A stretch of 32,000 bases of DNA, taken from Rhodobacter capsulatus SB 1003 (GTDB taxonomy: Bacteria; Pseudomonadota; Alphaproteobacteria; Rhodobacterales; Rhodobacteraceae). The notes beneath the pieces were generated by a model. That model worked only from the letters and a program-made list of their open reading frames with translations, made no database searches and had not been told where the DNA came from. Positions 1-8,687 of the stretch are shown piece after piece (the first letter of the stretch is position 1; the number at the start of each line of letters is the position of its first letter). The position numbers and the translations under genes are program-made. Where the stretch lies: the NCBI RefSeq assembly GCF_000021865.1, contig NC_014034.1:480001-512000 (forward strand), written 5' to 3'.

Positions 1-365
1 ATCTGATCCGGCTTGGCACTGACGCCGAGGAGGGCAGCCTGACCTTCGCCAATTTCGTCGAATTCGACAGCCTCTGGGGGCATCGGCGCGATGTTGCGGG
101 CTATGCCCGGGCGCTCGAATGGTTCGACGCCTGTCTGGGCCGCTTCCTGCCGACCCTGCGTCCGGGCGATCTGGCGCTTTTCACCGCCGATCACGGCAAC
201 GACCCCAGCTGGTCGGGCACCGATCACACCCGCGAACGCGTTCCGGTGCTGGGTCACGGGCTTGGCTTGCGTCCGGTGGGGTTGCTCGCCTATGCCGACA
301 TCGGCGCGTCGGTCGCGGCGCATCTGGGCGTGGCCCCGCAAGGGCCCGGCCGCAGTTTTCTTTGA
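1..365 (+). CDS. deoB: phosphopentomutase, C-terminal fragment (5' end lies outside the window)
   Basis: The frame starting at nt 3 reads ...[28 protein letters not shown]...[26 protein letters not shown]... and stops at TGA 363-365. These are the typical DeoB C-terminal metal-binding motifs. upp follows 11 nt downstream. Confidence 0.85.
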   Translation, partial: LIRLGTDAEEGSLTFANFVEFDSLWGHRRDVAGYARALEWFDACLGRFLPTLRPGDLALFTADHGNDPSWSGTDHTRERVPVLGHGLGLRPVGLLAYADIGASVAAHLGVAPQGPGRSFL

Positions 366-376
366 AAGGACAGACC

Positions 377-1009
377 ATGGATCAACAGGTCACCGTCGTC
401 GATCACCCGCTGGTGCAGCACAAACTGACGCTGATGCGGGAAAAGGACACCTCCACCGCCTCTTTCCGCCAGCTTCTGCGCGAAATCAGCCTGCTTCTGG
501 CCTATGAGGTCACCCGCGGGCTGGACCTGACCACGAAGCGCATCGAAACGCCGCTCTGCGAAATGGACGCGCCGATCCTTGAGGGCAAGAAACTGGCGCT
601 GATCTCGATCCTGCGGGCGGGGAACGGGCTTCTCGATGGCATTCTGGAGCTGATCCCGGCGGCGCGGGTGGGGTTTGTCGGGCTTTACCGCGATCCCGAA
701 ACGCTGCAGCCGGTGCAATATTACTGCAAGGTGCCCGCGGAGCTGGAAGACCGGATGGTGATTGTCGTCGATCCGATGCTGGCGACGGGCAATTCCTCGG
801 CCGCCGCCGTGCAGCTGATGAAGGACAAGGGCGCGAAGAACATCCGCTTCCTGTGCCTTCTGGCCGCGCCCGAGGGGATCGCGCGGATGCGGGCGGCGCA
901 TCCGGATGTGCCGATCGTCACGGCCTCGATCGACAGCCATCTGAACGATCACGGCTATATCGTGCCGGGCCTGGGGGATGCGGGCGACCGGATGTTCGGC
1001 ACCAAATAG
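377..1009 (+). CDS. upp: uracil phosphoribosyltransferase
   Basis: [21 protein letters not shown]..., the PRPP loop [11 protein letters not shown] and the C-terminal [17 protein letters not shown]. An AAGGA Shine-Dalgarno sits upstream of ATG 377. The ORF-track start at 119 is an upstream extension. Confidence 0.95.
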   Translation: MDQQVTVVDHPLVQHKLTLMREKDTSTASFRQLLREISLLLAYEVTRGLDLTTKRIETPLCEMDAPILEGKKLALISILRAGNGLLDGILELIPAARVGFVGLYRDPETLQPVQYYCKVPAELEDRMVIVVDPMLATGNSSAAAVQLMKDKGAKNIRFLCLLAAPEGIARMRAAHPDVPIVTASIDSHLNDHGYIVPGLGDAGDRMFGTK

Positions 1010-1100
1010 CGGCGGGATCGCGCCGGGGGGCGGCGGCCGATTTTCCTTTACTCTGCAACAATTGTGCTGCAGTTTTTCCGAAAGATCATCGGGGGATGGC

Positions 1101-2669
1101 ATGCGGCGGTATGGTTGGTGGGTGGCGGCGACGGCGGTCGCGGCCACGTTGGGCGGTTCGGTCGCCCTGGCAGAGATGGATGTCAACGGCCCGGCCGACG
1201 TGCCGCCGCCCTCCTTCAAGGGGCGGCAATATGTCGACAGCGTGGGCTGCGTCTTCGTGCGGGCGGGCTATGGCGGCACGGTGACCTGGGTGCCGCGGGT
1301 CGACCGGACGAAAAAGCAGCTTTGCGGCTATCAGCCCAGCCTGCCGCAGGGCGCGCCGGTGGCCGAGGTCGTGACGGCCCCGGCCAAAGCCGCGCCGCCG
1401 GTGGCCGTTGCCGCCGCGCCTGCTCCGGCTCCGGCCCCCGCGCCTGCGGTCCGCCCCGCCGGATCGGCCTTTGCGCCGACGCCCTTTGTCGGCAAGCCGA
1501 TGGAGACGATCGCCACCACCGAGACCCCGCCGCGCATCGGTCTTGGCGCTGCCGCCCGGCCCCCCCTGCCTGCCGCGCCGGTCCGGGTGGCCGCAGTGCC
1601 GCCCGCCCCGATCTCGCCGCCCGTCGCCACGGCGGCGCCGTTGCGGTCGGGCTATGTCTCTCCCTATGCGCTGGACGGCGGCTTCGAGGCCGCGGGGACC
1701 CCGGTCGCCGCGATTTCTGCCGCAACCCCGGGCCGGGGCAGCGTGCGCTATCACAACACCCTGCCGGTTCCGGTGCGGATCACCGGCACCGAGACGGTGG
1801 CGGCCGCTGCGACCGCCTGCCCGGCGGGCATGGCCACGGCGCAGCGTTACCTGCTGTCGGATGGCCGCTCGGTCGTGCGCTGCGGTGGCGCGACCGAGAA
1901 TCCGGTCGATTTCATCAATGCCGCCGCCGTGCCCGGTCTGGTCGTGGCCGCCTCGGCGCCGATGTCGGGCGGCAGCGGCTATGCCGCCGCGCTGGCGCCG
2001 CCGTCCCCCGGGACCGGCACGCCGCAACAGGCCTATGCCGCCGCCAGCCCCTATGCGCTGGGCGGCGGTGTCGCGCCGATGACCGCGCGGCCGGGGTCCA
2101 GCGGGACTTCTGTCGGGCCGGTGATGCTGCGCGCGCCCTCGGGGCACAGCACGCTGGCGCCGATCACGGTGGAAACTTCGGTCGGGCCGACCGGCTATGC
2201 CCCCGCTTTTGACGACGGGAGGCTCAATCCGTTCCGCGGTCCGCGCACGGCGATGGGCGATGCCGAGCAGGGCGTGATGTGGACGAACCAGGTGCCGTCG
2301 CGGCGGGTGACCGAACGCACCCCGCAGCGCCGGCGCATCGTTCCGGCCGAGCCGGCTTACGTCACCGGCCCGACCTATCATGCCCCGGCCTATGCCGCGC
2401 CCGATGCGGTCGCCCCGCTGCGGGTGTCGTCGAAATCCGCGCCCGAGGCCGCAGCCCCCGCCGCGCCGCGCTATGTGCAGGTGGGCAGCTTTGCCGTCGC
2501 CGGAAATGCCGCCGCCGCCAAGGCGCGTCTGGCCGCGGCCGGGCTGCCGGTGTCTTCGGCGCGGACCGGGCGCGGTCTGACCGTGGTTCTGGCCGGTCCC
2601 TTCGCCGATGCGCGGCAGGCGCTGGCCACGGTCCGCAACGCGGGCTTTGCCGAGGGCCTCCTGCGCTGA
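1101..2669 (+). CDS. SPOR domain-containing periplasmic/cell-division protein with a long Pro/Ala-rich linker
   Basis: ATG 1101 is preceded by GGGGGATGG. N-terminal signal-like MRRYGWWVAATAVAATLGGSVALA. C-terminal YVQVGSFAVAGNAAAAKARLAAAGLPV...VLAGPFADARQALATVRNAGFAEGLL is SPOR-like. The middle is low-complexity [11 protein letters not shown]. Confidence 0.8.
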   Translation: MRRYGWWVAATAVAATLGGSVALAEMDVNGPADVPPPSFKGRQYVDSVGCVFVRAGYGGTVTWVPRVDRTKKQLCGYQPSLPQGAPVAEVVTAPAKAAPPVAVAAAPAPAPAPAPAVRPAGSAFAPTPFVGKPMETIATTETPPRIGLGAAARPPLPAAPVRVAAVPPAPISPPVATAAPLRSGYVSPYALDGGFEAAGTPVAAISAATPGRGSVRYHNTLPVPVRITGTETVAAAATACPAGMATAQRYLLSDGRSVVRCGGATENPVDFINAAAVPGLVVAASAPMSGGSGYAAALAPPSPGTGTPQQAYAAASPYALGGGVAPMTARPGSSGTSVGPVMLRAPSGHSTLAPITVETSVGPTGYAPAFDDGRLNPFRGPRTAMGDAEQGVMWTNQVPSRRVTERTPQRRRIVPAEPAYVTGPTYHAPAYAAPDAVAPLRVSSKSAPEAAAPAAPRYVQVGSFAVAGNAAAAKARLAAAGLPVSSARTGRGLTVVLAGPFADARQALATVRNAGFAEGLLR

Positions 2670-2690
2670 GCCGGTCCCGCGCAGTCTTTG

Positions 2691-2713
2691 GGGGCGGTTC
2701 GCCGGGCCGCCCC
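2691..2713. terminator. GC hairpin between the convergent SPOR gene and the hypothetical gene
   Basis: GGGGCGG (2691-2697), a 9-nt loop, then CCGCCCC (2707-2713), followed by GTTCCGTTTC. It lies in the 52-bp spacer between two convergent stop codons. Confidence 0.4.
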
Positions 2714-2721
2714 GTTCCGTT

Positions 2722-3747
2722 TCACGAACAGATGTCCTTCAGCGCCAGCCATTGATCGTCGGCCAGCACCGGCTCGGGCGCGGGGGCGCCGCGGAACGGA
2801 TCCGCCTCGATCAGACCCAGCGCCGCCTCGCCGGTCGGGTCGATCGCATAGGCATAGGGCGTCGAGGACACGCCCGTCGCGCGAAAGGCTTCGAGCAGGG
2901 TTTCCGTCTGCGCCTCGCCATGGGCGATTGCGGGCGGATGCGACAGCACCACCTCGCCATAGCCGCGCAGCCGGTCTGCGGGCAGATCCCCGGTCGTCAG
3001 CAGCGTCAGCGCCGCGCCGCTGCCCGCCCAGGCCAGCGCCGCATGCAGCGGGTTTTCCGCCGCCTGCGCCTGCTGCGCCGAGAGGATCGCCCCCGCCGCC
3101 ACCTCGGGCGTGTCGGGGCCGGTCAGCGTGTCGGTGCCCAGCGCCACCACCCCGCCGGGCAGGATCCGCGCCCCGGTCAGCCCGCGCGGCAGCACCGCGA
3201 TTTCGGAAATGCCCTGCAACCGCGCCGCCAGCGCCTCCAGCGCGGCATCGCCCTCGGTCGAATGGCAGGCGACGCCGGTCGAGCGTTCCAGATCCCGCAG
3301 CACGATCCGGCCGATGTCGGTGCGCTTGGCGGTCGGAACGACCCGGGCCGCCTGATCGACCAGCGCCCCGGGCAGCCAGAGCAGCGCCCCAAGCGCCAGC
3401 CCGACCAGAGACAGGCTCCAGCCGATCCGCCGCAGCCGCCCCGGATGCGGGCGCCGGGCTTCGATCACCGCCTGCACCTTTTCGATCGCCTCGACCATCA
3501 GCTCGTCGCCGATTTCAAGCTCTTCGCCCGGTTCCTCGGAGGCGCCGTAAACCGCAGGCTTCGCCCCCGGATTGCGCCGGATCAGCGCCGCCAGCGACCA
3601 ATGCGCCACCGCCCGGTCGGAAAGGTTGTCGCGGATCACCAGTGTCGCATCGCCGAGCGACAGCAGCACCAGCCGCCGCTGCGCCTGCGGCGTGTCCCGC
3701 CACAGGCCGTGCGCGGTCAGCATTTCATATTGCGGCAGCGCGGTCAT
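2722..3747 (-). CDS. hypothetical single-pass membrane protein (family not recognised)
   Basis: Start taken at MTALPQYEML (ATG at 3747). Central hydrophobic helix IGWSLSLVGLALGALLWLPGAL. Clean coding-like composition. No catalytic motif that I recognise. Confidence 0.6.
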   Translation of the reverse strand: MTALPQYEMLTAHGLWRDTPQAQRRLVLLSLGDATLVIRDNLSDRAVAHWSLAALIRRNPGAKPAVYGASEEPGEELEIGDELMVEAIEKVQAVIEARRPHPGRLRRIGWSLSLVGLALGALLWLPGALVDQAARVVPTAKRTDIGRIVLRDLERSTGVACHSTEGDAALEALAARLQGISEIAVLPRGLTGARILPGGVVALGTDTLTGPDTPEVAAGAILSAQQAQAAENPLHAALAWAGSGAALTLLTTGDLPADRLRGYGEVVLSHPPAIAHGEAQTETLLEAFRATGVSSTPYAYAIDPTGEAALGLIEADPFRGAPAPEPVLADDQWLALKDICS

Positions 3748-3951
3748 CTTCGCTTCGACTATGGCTGGGGGCCTTCGGACCCTGTTCCGCAAAGAATAGC
3801 GAAAGGGGCCCCGGGGTCAATTGCGTGATTCGCCCCCCGTCGCGGTCCGGCCTGTCGTTTTCAAGCCGAATGTCGCCTGCGATGTCGGGATTGGACGCGC
3901 CAAGCCGGGGCCGGGCCGTCACACCAAGGGCAGGGACAGGGAGCAGCCGCA

Positions 3952-4851
3952 ATGACGGACAAGAACCACACCGCGCAGGCCGCGGCGGCGATATCGGCCT
4001 ATGCACTGATCATCGGCTTCACCGACAATTACGTGCGCGTCATCGCCTCGGAAATCGGGCTGTGGCAGTTCCATCTGACGCGCTCGCTGATGGTGGCGGG
4101 GCTGCTGGCTTTGGCGGTGCCGCTGTTCCGGCTGGATCTGCGGCCGCGCAACTTTCGCGCCGTCGCCGCGCGCTCGGTCGTGCATGGGGTGGCGATGCTG
4201 TGCTATTTCGGCGGGCTTGGCTTTCTGCCGGTGCCGCAGGTGGCGGCGGGGCTGTTCACCGCGCCGATCTTCGTTCTGCTGATCACCCGCTTCTTTTATG
4301 GCGAGCGCATCGGTCTGGTCCGCATCCTGGCCGTCGCGGTGGGTTTTGCGGGCATCCTGCTGGTGCTGGGCCCCGAGGCGGCGCGGCTTGGGCCGGCTGC
4401 CGCCATCCCGGTTCTGGGCGGCGCGCTTTATGCGCTGGGCAATATCGCCACGCAGCGCTGGTGCCCGGGCGAGGGGGCGGTGACGCTGACGGCCGGGTTC
4501 TTTGCCATGCTCGGTGTGCTGGGCGGGGCCGGGCTTTTGCTGCTTGCCCTGTTTCCGATGGCGGGCGAGGGGCCGCTCGCCTTCATCCTGCGCGGGCCTG
4601 CGTTGCCGTCGGGCACGGTCTTGTTCTGGGTCTTCGTGCAGGCTTTGGGCTCGCTTGTGGCGGTCAGCCTGATGGTCAAGGGCTATCAGCTGGCCGATGC
4701 CACCCGCGCCGCCGTCTTTGAATATGTCGTCCTGCCCGCCGCGGCGCTTTGGGGCTTTCTGCTCTGGGGCGAGGTGCCCGGGCTGCGCGAATGGGCGGGA
4801 ATGGCGCTGATCTGGCTGGCGGGGGTCGCGATTGTCCTGCGCGGGCGCTAA
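3952..4851 (+). CDS. EamA/DMT-superfamily transporter
   Basis: About ten hydrophobic helices with a two-fold internal EamA-like pattern. GGGAG Shine-Dalgarno 8 nt upstream of ATG 3952. Confidence 0.85.
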   Translation: MTDKNHTAQAAAAISAYALIIGFTDNYVRVIASEIGLWQFHLTRSLMVAGLLALAVPLFRLDLRPRNFRAVAARSVVHGVAMLCYFGGLGFLPVPQVAAGLFTAPIFVLLITRFFYGERIGLVRILAVAVGFAGILLVLGPEAARLGPAAAIPVLGGALYALGNIATQRWCPGEGAVTLTAGFFAMLGVLGGAGLLLLALFPMAGEGPLAFILRGPALPSGTVLFWVFVQALGSLVAVSLMVKGYQLADATRAAVFEYVVLPAAALWGFLLWGEVPGLREWAGMALIWLAGVAIVLRGR

Positions 4852-4860
4852 TCTCTCTGC

Positions 4861-5508
4861 ATGATCGTTTCCCCGGGCCGCCGCTTCATCTTTGTCCATA
4901 TCCCGAAGACCGGGGGCACGGCGCTGGCGCTGGCGCTGGAAGCGCGGGCGAGGGCCGATGACATCCTGGTGGGCGACACGCCGAAGGCGCGGCGGCGCAG
5001 GGCGCGGCTTGCGGGCGTCACAACCGCGGGGCGGCTTTGGAAACATGCGACGCTGGCCGACGGGATCGGGCTTTACACCGAGGCCCAGGCGCGGGACTGG
5101 TTCACCTTCACCCTCGTGCGCAACCCCTGGGACCGGATGGTCAGCTATTACCACTGGCTGCGGGCGCAAGGCTTTGCCCATCCCGCGGTGACCTTGGCGC
5201 AAAGCCTTGATTTCGCGGGCTTCGTGAACCATCCGCAGACCGCCGCCTCGATCGCGGCCACGCCCTATGGCAGCTATCTGCGGCTCGCCGACGGGACCGA
5301 GGCCGCCACCGCCTTCTTGCGGCTGGAACATCTGCAGGAAGACGGCGCCGCGCTGGAGGCGCATCTGGGCTTTCGGCTGTTTCCGCTCGCCCGCGCCAAT
5401 GCCTCCGACCGGCGGGCGGATTGGCGCTTTTATTACGACGACCGCACCGCCGAAGCGGTGGCCCGGATCGCCGCCGCCGATATCGCCCGCTTCGGCTATG
5501 CGTTCTGA
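4861..5508 (+). CDS. sulfotransferase-family protein (Sulfotransfer_2/3-like)
   Basis: The N-terminal FIFVHIPKTGGTAL is a 5'-phosphosulfate-binding loop. TLVRNPWDRMVSYY is the typical second motif. It starts 10 nt after the DMT stop codon. Confidence 0.75.
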   Translation: MIVSPGRRFIFVHIPKTGGTALALALEARARADDILVGDTPKARRRRARLAGVTTAGRLWKHATLADGIGLYTEAQARDWFTFTLVRNPWDRMVSYYHWLRAQGFAHPAVTLAQSLDFAGFVNHPQTAASIAATPYGSYLRLADGTEAATAFLRLEHLQEDGAALEAHLGFRLFPLARANASDRRADWRFYYDDRTAEAVARIAAADIARFGYAF

Positions 5509-5513
5509 GCCGC

Positions 5514-5558
5514 TCAGTCGCGTTTGGTTCAGTCGCGTTTGGTTCAGTCTCGCTCGGG
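5514..5558. repeat. tandem 15-bp direct repeat (two perfect copies plus a diverged third)
   Basis: TCAGTCGCGTTTGGT at 5514-5528 and again at 5529-5543. TCAGTCTCGCTCGGG at 5544-5558 matches 11/15 and is the 3' end of the permease gene, including its stop codon. Confidence 0.85.
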
Positions 5559-6332
5559 GGCACCGCGCTTGCGCAGATGCGCTTCAAGCTTGCGCAAAAG
5601 CAGCGACAGGGTGACGGTCATCGCCAGATAGATCAGCGCGACGACATTATAGGTCTCGAAATAACGGAAATTCCCCGCCGCGGTGACCTTGCCCAGCTGG
5701 GTGATGTCGGCCACGCCCAGCACCGACACCAGCGAGCTGTCCTTGACCATCGCCACGAAATCATTGCCCAAGGGCGGCAGAACGGTGCGGAAGGCCTGCG
5801 GAAAGACGATCAGCCGGAACCGCAGCCAGCCGCCCAGACCCAGCGCCTTGGCCGCCTCGATCTGGCCGCGCTCGACCGAGATCAGCCCGGCGCGGAACAC
5901 CTCGGCCAGAAAGGCGGCATAGGCGAGGATCAGCGCCAGCACCGCCCGCGCCAAAAGCGGGAAATCCCGCACTGAAAGCTCCGGCAGCCCCAGCGCGTTC
6001 CAGCCCGCGACCAGCGCGGGCACCAAGGCAAAGGCGACGTAAAGCAGAAGCACGATGATCGGCACGCCGCGGATCACCTCGGTGTAAAACCGCGCCAGCT
6101 GCCGCCAGATCAGATGGCGCGAGAGCGAGGCGACGGCGAGCAAGAGCCCCAGCACCAGCGCGCCCAGAAAGGCCACCAGCGTCACGAAAATCGTGACGCC
6201 GATGCCCTTTGACAGCGTGGCGAAGATCTTCGCATGCAGCGGATCGGCGGCGACCGCCCCGCCCACCCCCAAGGCGGCAACGCCGAGCGCCACCAGCCAC
6301 CAGGGAAAATCGCGGTCAGGGACGGAACTCAT
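5544..6332 (-). CDS. polar amino-acid ABC transporter permease (HisM/GlnP type)
   Basis: EAA-loop-like region [48 protein letters not shown] overlap with the upstream binding-protein gene. Confidence 0.9.
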   Translation of the reverse strand: MSSVPDRDFPWWLVALGVAALGVGGAVAADPLHAKIFATLSKGIGVTIFVTLVAFLGALVLGLLLAVASLSRHLIWRQLARFYTEVIRGVPIIVLLLYVAFALVPALVAGWNALGLPELSVRDFPLLARAVLALILAYAAFLAEVFRAGLISVERGQIEAAKALGLGGWLRFRLIVFPQAFRTVLPPLGNDFVAMVKDSSLVSVLGVADITQLGKVTAAGNFRYFETYNVVALIYLAMTVTLSLLLRKLEAHLRKRGAPERD

Positions 6333-7105
6333 TCCCCCATCTTGTAGTCAAGGAACCATTTCTTGTTCAGCGCCGCGATCGTGCCATCGGCCTTCATCTC
6401 GGCGATGGCGGCATTGATCGGCGCCACGAGGTCGGAACCCTTGGGGAAGATGAAGCCGAAATCCTCGGCCCCCAGTTTCTCGCCCACGATCTTCAAGGCG
6501 CCGTCCGAGGCCCGGGCATAGCCCTCGCCCGCGGTGGAATCGGTCAGCACAAGATCGACATCGCCGCCGCGCAGCGCCTCGACCCCGGCGCCGAAAGTCT
6601 CGAACATCTTGATGCGGGGATTGGCCTCGTTGCCGTCCAGCAGTTCGTAGACGCCGACGTAAAAGGGCGTCGTGCCCGGCTGCGCCGCCATCAGCAGATC
6701 GGGATTGGCGGCGAAACTTTTCGCATCGCTGAACCGGCTCTCGTCGCTGCGCACCAGCATGATCATTTCCGACCGCATGTAGGGATCGGAGAAATCCACC
6801 GCGGTCTTGCGGTCGTCGCGAATGGTGATGCCGGTCATGCCGATGTCATATTGCCCGGCGGACACGCCGGGGATCATCGCATCCCAGCTCGAATGTTCAT
6901 AGGTCACGGTCAGGTGCAGCCGCTTTGCCATCTCGGCCATGGCATCATATTCCCAGCCCACCGCCTTGCCGCTGCCGTCGACGAATTGCAGCGGCGGATA
7001 GGCATCCTCGGTCACCACGGTGATGGCGCGGCCCGCCAGATCGGGCAATTGCGCAAGGGCAGGCGAGGCGGCCAGCAGGGCGGCGGCAAGCAGGGGCAAT
7101 TTCAT
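6329..7105 (-). CDS. amino-acid ABC transporter periplasmic substrate-binding protein (family 3)
   Basis: Signal peptide [18 protein letters not shown]. Also GWEYD...[24 protein letters not shown] and the C-terminal LNKKWF. GGAG Shine-Dalgarno upstream. Confidence 0.9.
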   Translation of the reverse strand: MKLPLLAAALLAASPALAQLPDLAGRAITVVTEDAYPPLQFVDGSGKAVGWEYDAMAEMAKRLHLTVTYEHSSWDAMIPGVSAGQYDIGMTGITIRDDRKTAVDFSDPYMRSEMIMLVRSDESRFSDAKSFAANPDLLMAAQPGTTPFYVGVYELLDGNEANPRIKMFETFGAGVEALRGGDVDLVLTDSTAGEGYARASDGALKIVGEKLGAEDFGFIFPKGSDLVAPINAAIAEMKADGTIAALNKKWFLDYKMGE

Positions 7106-7165
7106 CGGAAAGCTCCGGTTGAGGGGTCGGCCAAAGCTATTCCCGGGGGCGGGGGCTGTCCAGTC

Positions 7166-8194
7166 TCAGCCGCCGCAGACCGGGCAGGCGGGATCGCGTT
7201 TCACCTCGATGGTGCGGTTTTCGCCGTAAAGCGCGTCGATCAGCTGCAGCTTGCCGCGCAGGCTGGTGCCCGCGCCGGTGATCTCCTTGATCGCCTCAGC
7301 CGCCGTCATCGTGCCCAGGATGCCGGGCAGGGCCGCCATCACGCCGCCCTCGGCGCAGGTGGGGGCAAGGCCGGGGGCCGGGGCTTTCGGGAACAGACAG
7401 GCCAGACAGGGGCCGCCGCTGGCGGGGTGATAGAGGCTGATCTGCCCTTCCCATTGCGAGATCGCGGCCGAAATCAGCGGCTTGCCCGCCGTGACACAGG
7501 CGCGGTTGACCAGCTGCCGGGTCTCGAAATCGTCGCAGCCATCCAGCACCAGATCATAACCCGCGATCAGATCCGCGGCGATGTCCTCGGTCAGGCGGCG
7601 GTGATAGGGCTTGACGGTGATGAAGGGGTTCAGCGCGGTCAAGGCTGCCGCGGCCGCGAAGACCTTCGGCTTGCCGATGTCATCGTCGCAGTAAAGCACC
7701 TGCCGCTGCAGGTTCGAATTGCTGACCGTGTCGTGGTCGATCACGCCCAGCGTGCCGACGCCCGCGGCACTCAGGTACAGCAGCCCGGGCGATCCAAGCC
7801 CGCCCGCCCCCACCACCAGCACCCGCGCCGATTTGAGCCGCCGCTGCCCGGTGCCGCCGATCTCGCGCAGAAGCAGGTGGCGGGAATAGCGGCCCAGTTC
7901 GGCCTTGGAAAACGGCCCCTCGGCGGGGGCTTCGGGCACCACCGCCCGGGCGCGCAGCCGTGCCAGCGCCCAGCGATAGGCCTGCACCAGCGCCGCCACG
8001 ACCCCAAGGCCGATCCAGCCGGGCAGGCTGCCGCCGATCAGCGCCGGAAGCGGATGGCCGGGACCCGGAAAGAGCCCATGCACCAGCACGAAGGCGCCCC
8101 AAAGGAGTGCAAGCATGCCCCAAACCAGCCCGGCGGGGGCGCGCAGCTTCCAGCCCAGCGCGGCGATCACGGTCAGAAGGATCAGCCCGGTCAT
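7166..8194 (-). CDS. ThiF/MoeB/HesA-family E1-like adenylyltransferase with an N-terminal membrane extension of about 85 aa
   Basis: YSRHLLLREIGGTGQRRLKSARVLVVGAGGLGSPGLLYLSAAGVG (the nucleotide-binding GxGxxG), NLQRQ, and two CxxC pairs (CLAC, CPVC). The N-terminus has three hydrophobic helices. ATG 8194 lies 3 nt after the dut stop codon. Confidence 0.85.
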   Translation of the reverse strand: MTGLILLTVIAALGWKLRAPAGLVWGMLALLWGAFVLVHGLFPGPGHPLPALIGGSLPGWIGLGVVAALVQAYRWALARLRARAVVPEAPAEGPFSKAELGRYSRHLLLREIGGTGQRRLKSARVLVVGAGGLGSPGLLYLSAAGVGTLGVIDHDTVSNSNLQRQVLYCDDDIGKPKVFAAAAALTALNPFITVKPYHRRLTEDIAADLIAGYDLVLDGCDDFETRQLVNRACVTAGKPLISAAISQWEGQISLYHPASGGPCLACLFPKAPAPGLAPTCAEGGVMAALPGILGTMTAAEAIKEITGAGTSLRGKLQLIDALYGENRTIEVKRDPACPVCGG

Positions 8195-8197
8195 CGC

Positions 8198-8665
8198 TCA
8201 GCCCTTGCCGGTGGAGCCAAAGCCGCCCGCGCCGCGCGCGGTCTCGCCCAGATCGGTGGCGGCCTCGTAACGGGCCTGCACCACGGGGGCGATGATCGCC
8301 TGCGCCACCCGCTCGCCATGGCGGATCGTATAGGCCTCGGCGCCGAAGTTGATCATCAAGACGCCCAAGGGCCCGCGATAATCGCTGTCGATCGTGCCGG
8401 GCCCGTTCGGCATGCCCAGCCCGTGCTTCAATGCCAGCCCGGAGCGCGGCCGGATCTGCATCTCGAACCCTTCGGGGATGGCGACGCGCAGCCCGGTCGG
8501 CACGATCGCCCGGCCCATCGGCGCCAGCACGAGCCCGGTGTCGCGGATCTCGGGCGGCAGGTTGGCGCGAATATCCGCCCCGGCGGCGCCATGGGTTTCG
8601 TAAGCGGGCAGCGCCACCTCCGGGTCGGCCCAGTCCTCGCGCAGCACCTTGATGATCGGCGTCAT
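8198..8665 (-). CDS. dut: dUTP diphosphatase
   Basis: AAGADIRA, RPRSGLALKHG, GTIDSDYRG and the C-terminal RGAGGFGSTG are the canonical dUTPase motifs. Confidence 0.95.
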   Translation of the reverse strand: MTPIIKVLREDWADPEVALPAYETHGAAGADIRANLPPEIRDTGLVLAPMGRAIVPTGLRVAIPEGFEMQIRPRSGLALKHGLGMPNGPGTIDSDYRGPLGVLMINFGAEAYTIRHGERVAQAIIAPVVQARYEAATDLGETARGAGGFGSTGKG

Positions 8666-8687
8666 GCCTGCCCCTTCCGTTTCTTTC

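Noticed and set aside
1380-1450. A GCNCCG hexanucleotide run (encoding [11 protein letters not shown]) as a microsatellite or contingency locus.
   Set aside because: It is short and imperfect at the nucleotide level, and it lies in the low-complexity linker of a SPOR protein, where Pro/Ala repeats are normal. There is no evidence of phase-variable function.
3748-3951. The 200-bp leader of the DMT gene as a possible riboswitch or sRNA.
   Set aside because: I could find hairpins but no arrangement matching any riboswitch class I know (SAM-II, guanidine, and others), and there is no terminator/anti-terminator pair. It is left as an open note inside the sulfotransferase finding, not a call.
2688-5364. 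Long overlapping ORFs: 2688-4721 (+, 677 aa), 2608-3828 (+), 3919-5364 (-, 481 aa).
   Set aside because: They contain extreme Pro/Arg/Ala runs (for example PPPPPRACRGRSACRCPAPPP). They are out of frame with or antisense to the membrane-protein, DMT and sulfotransferase genes, which have sensible hydrophobicity and motifs.
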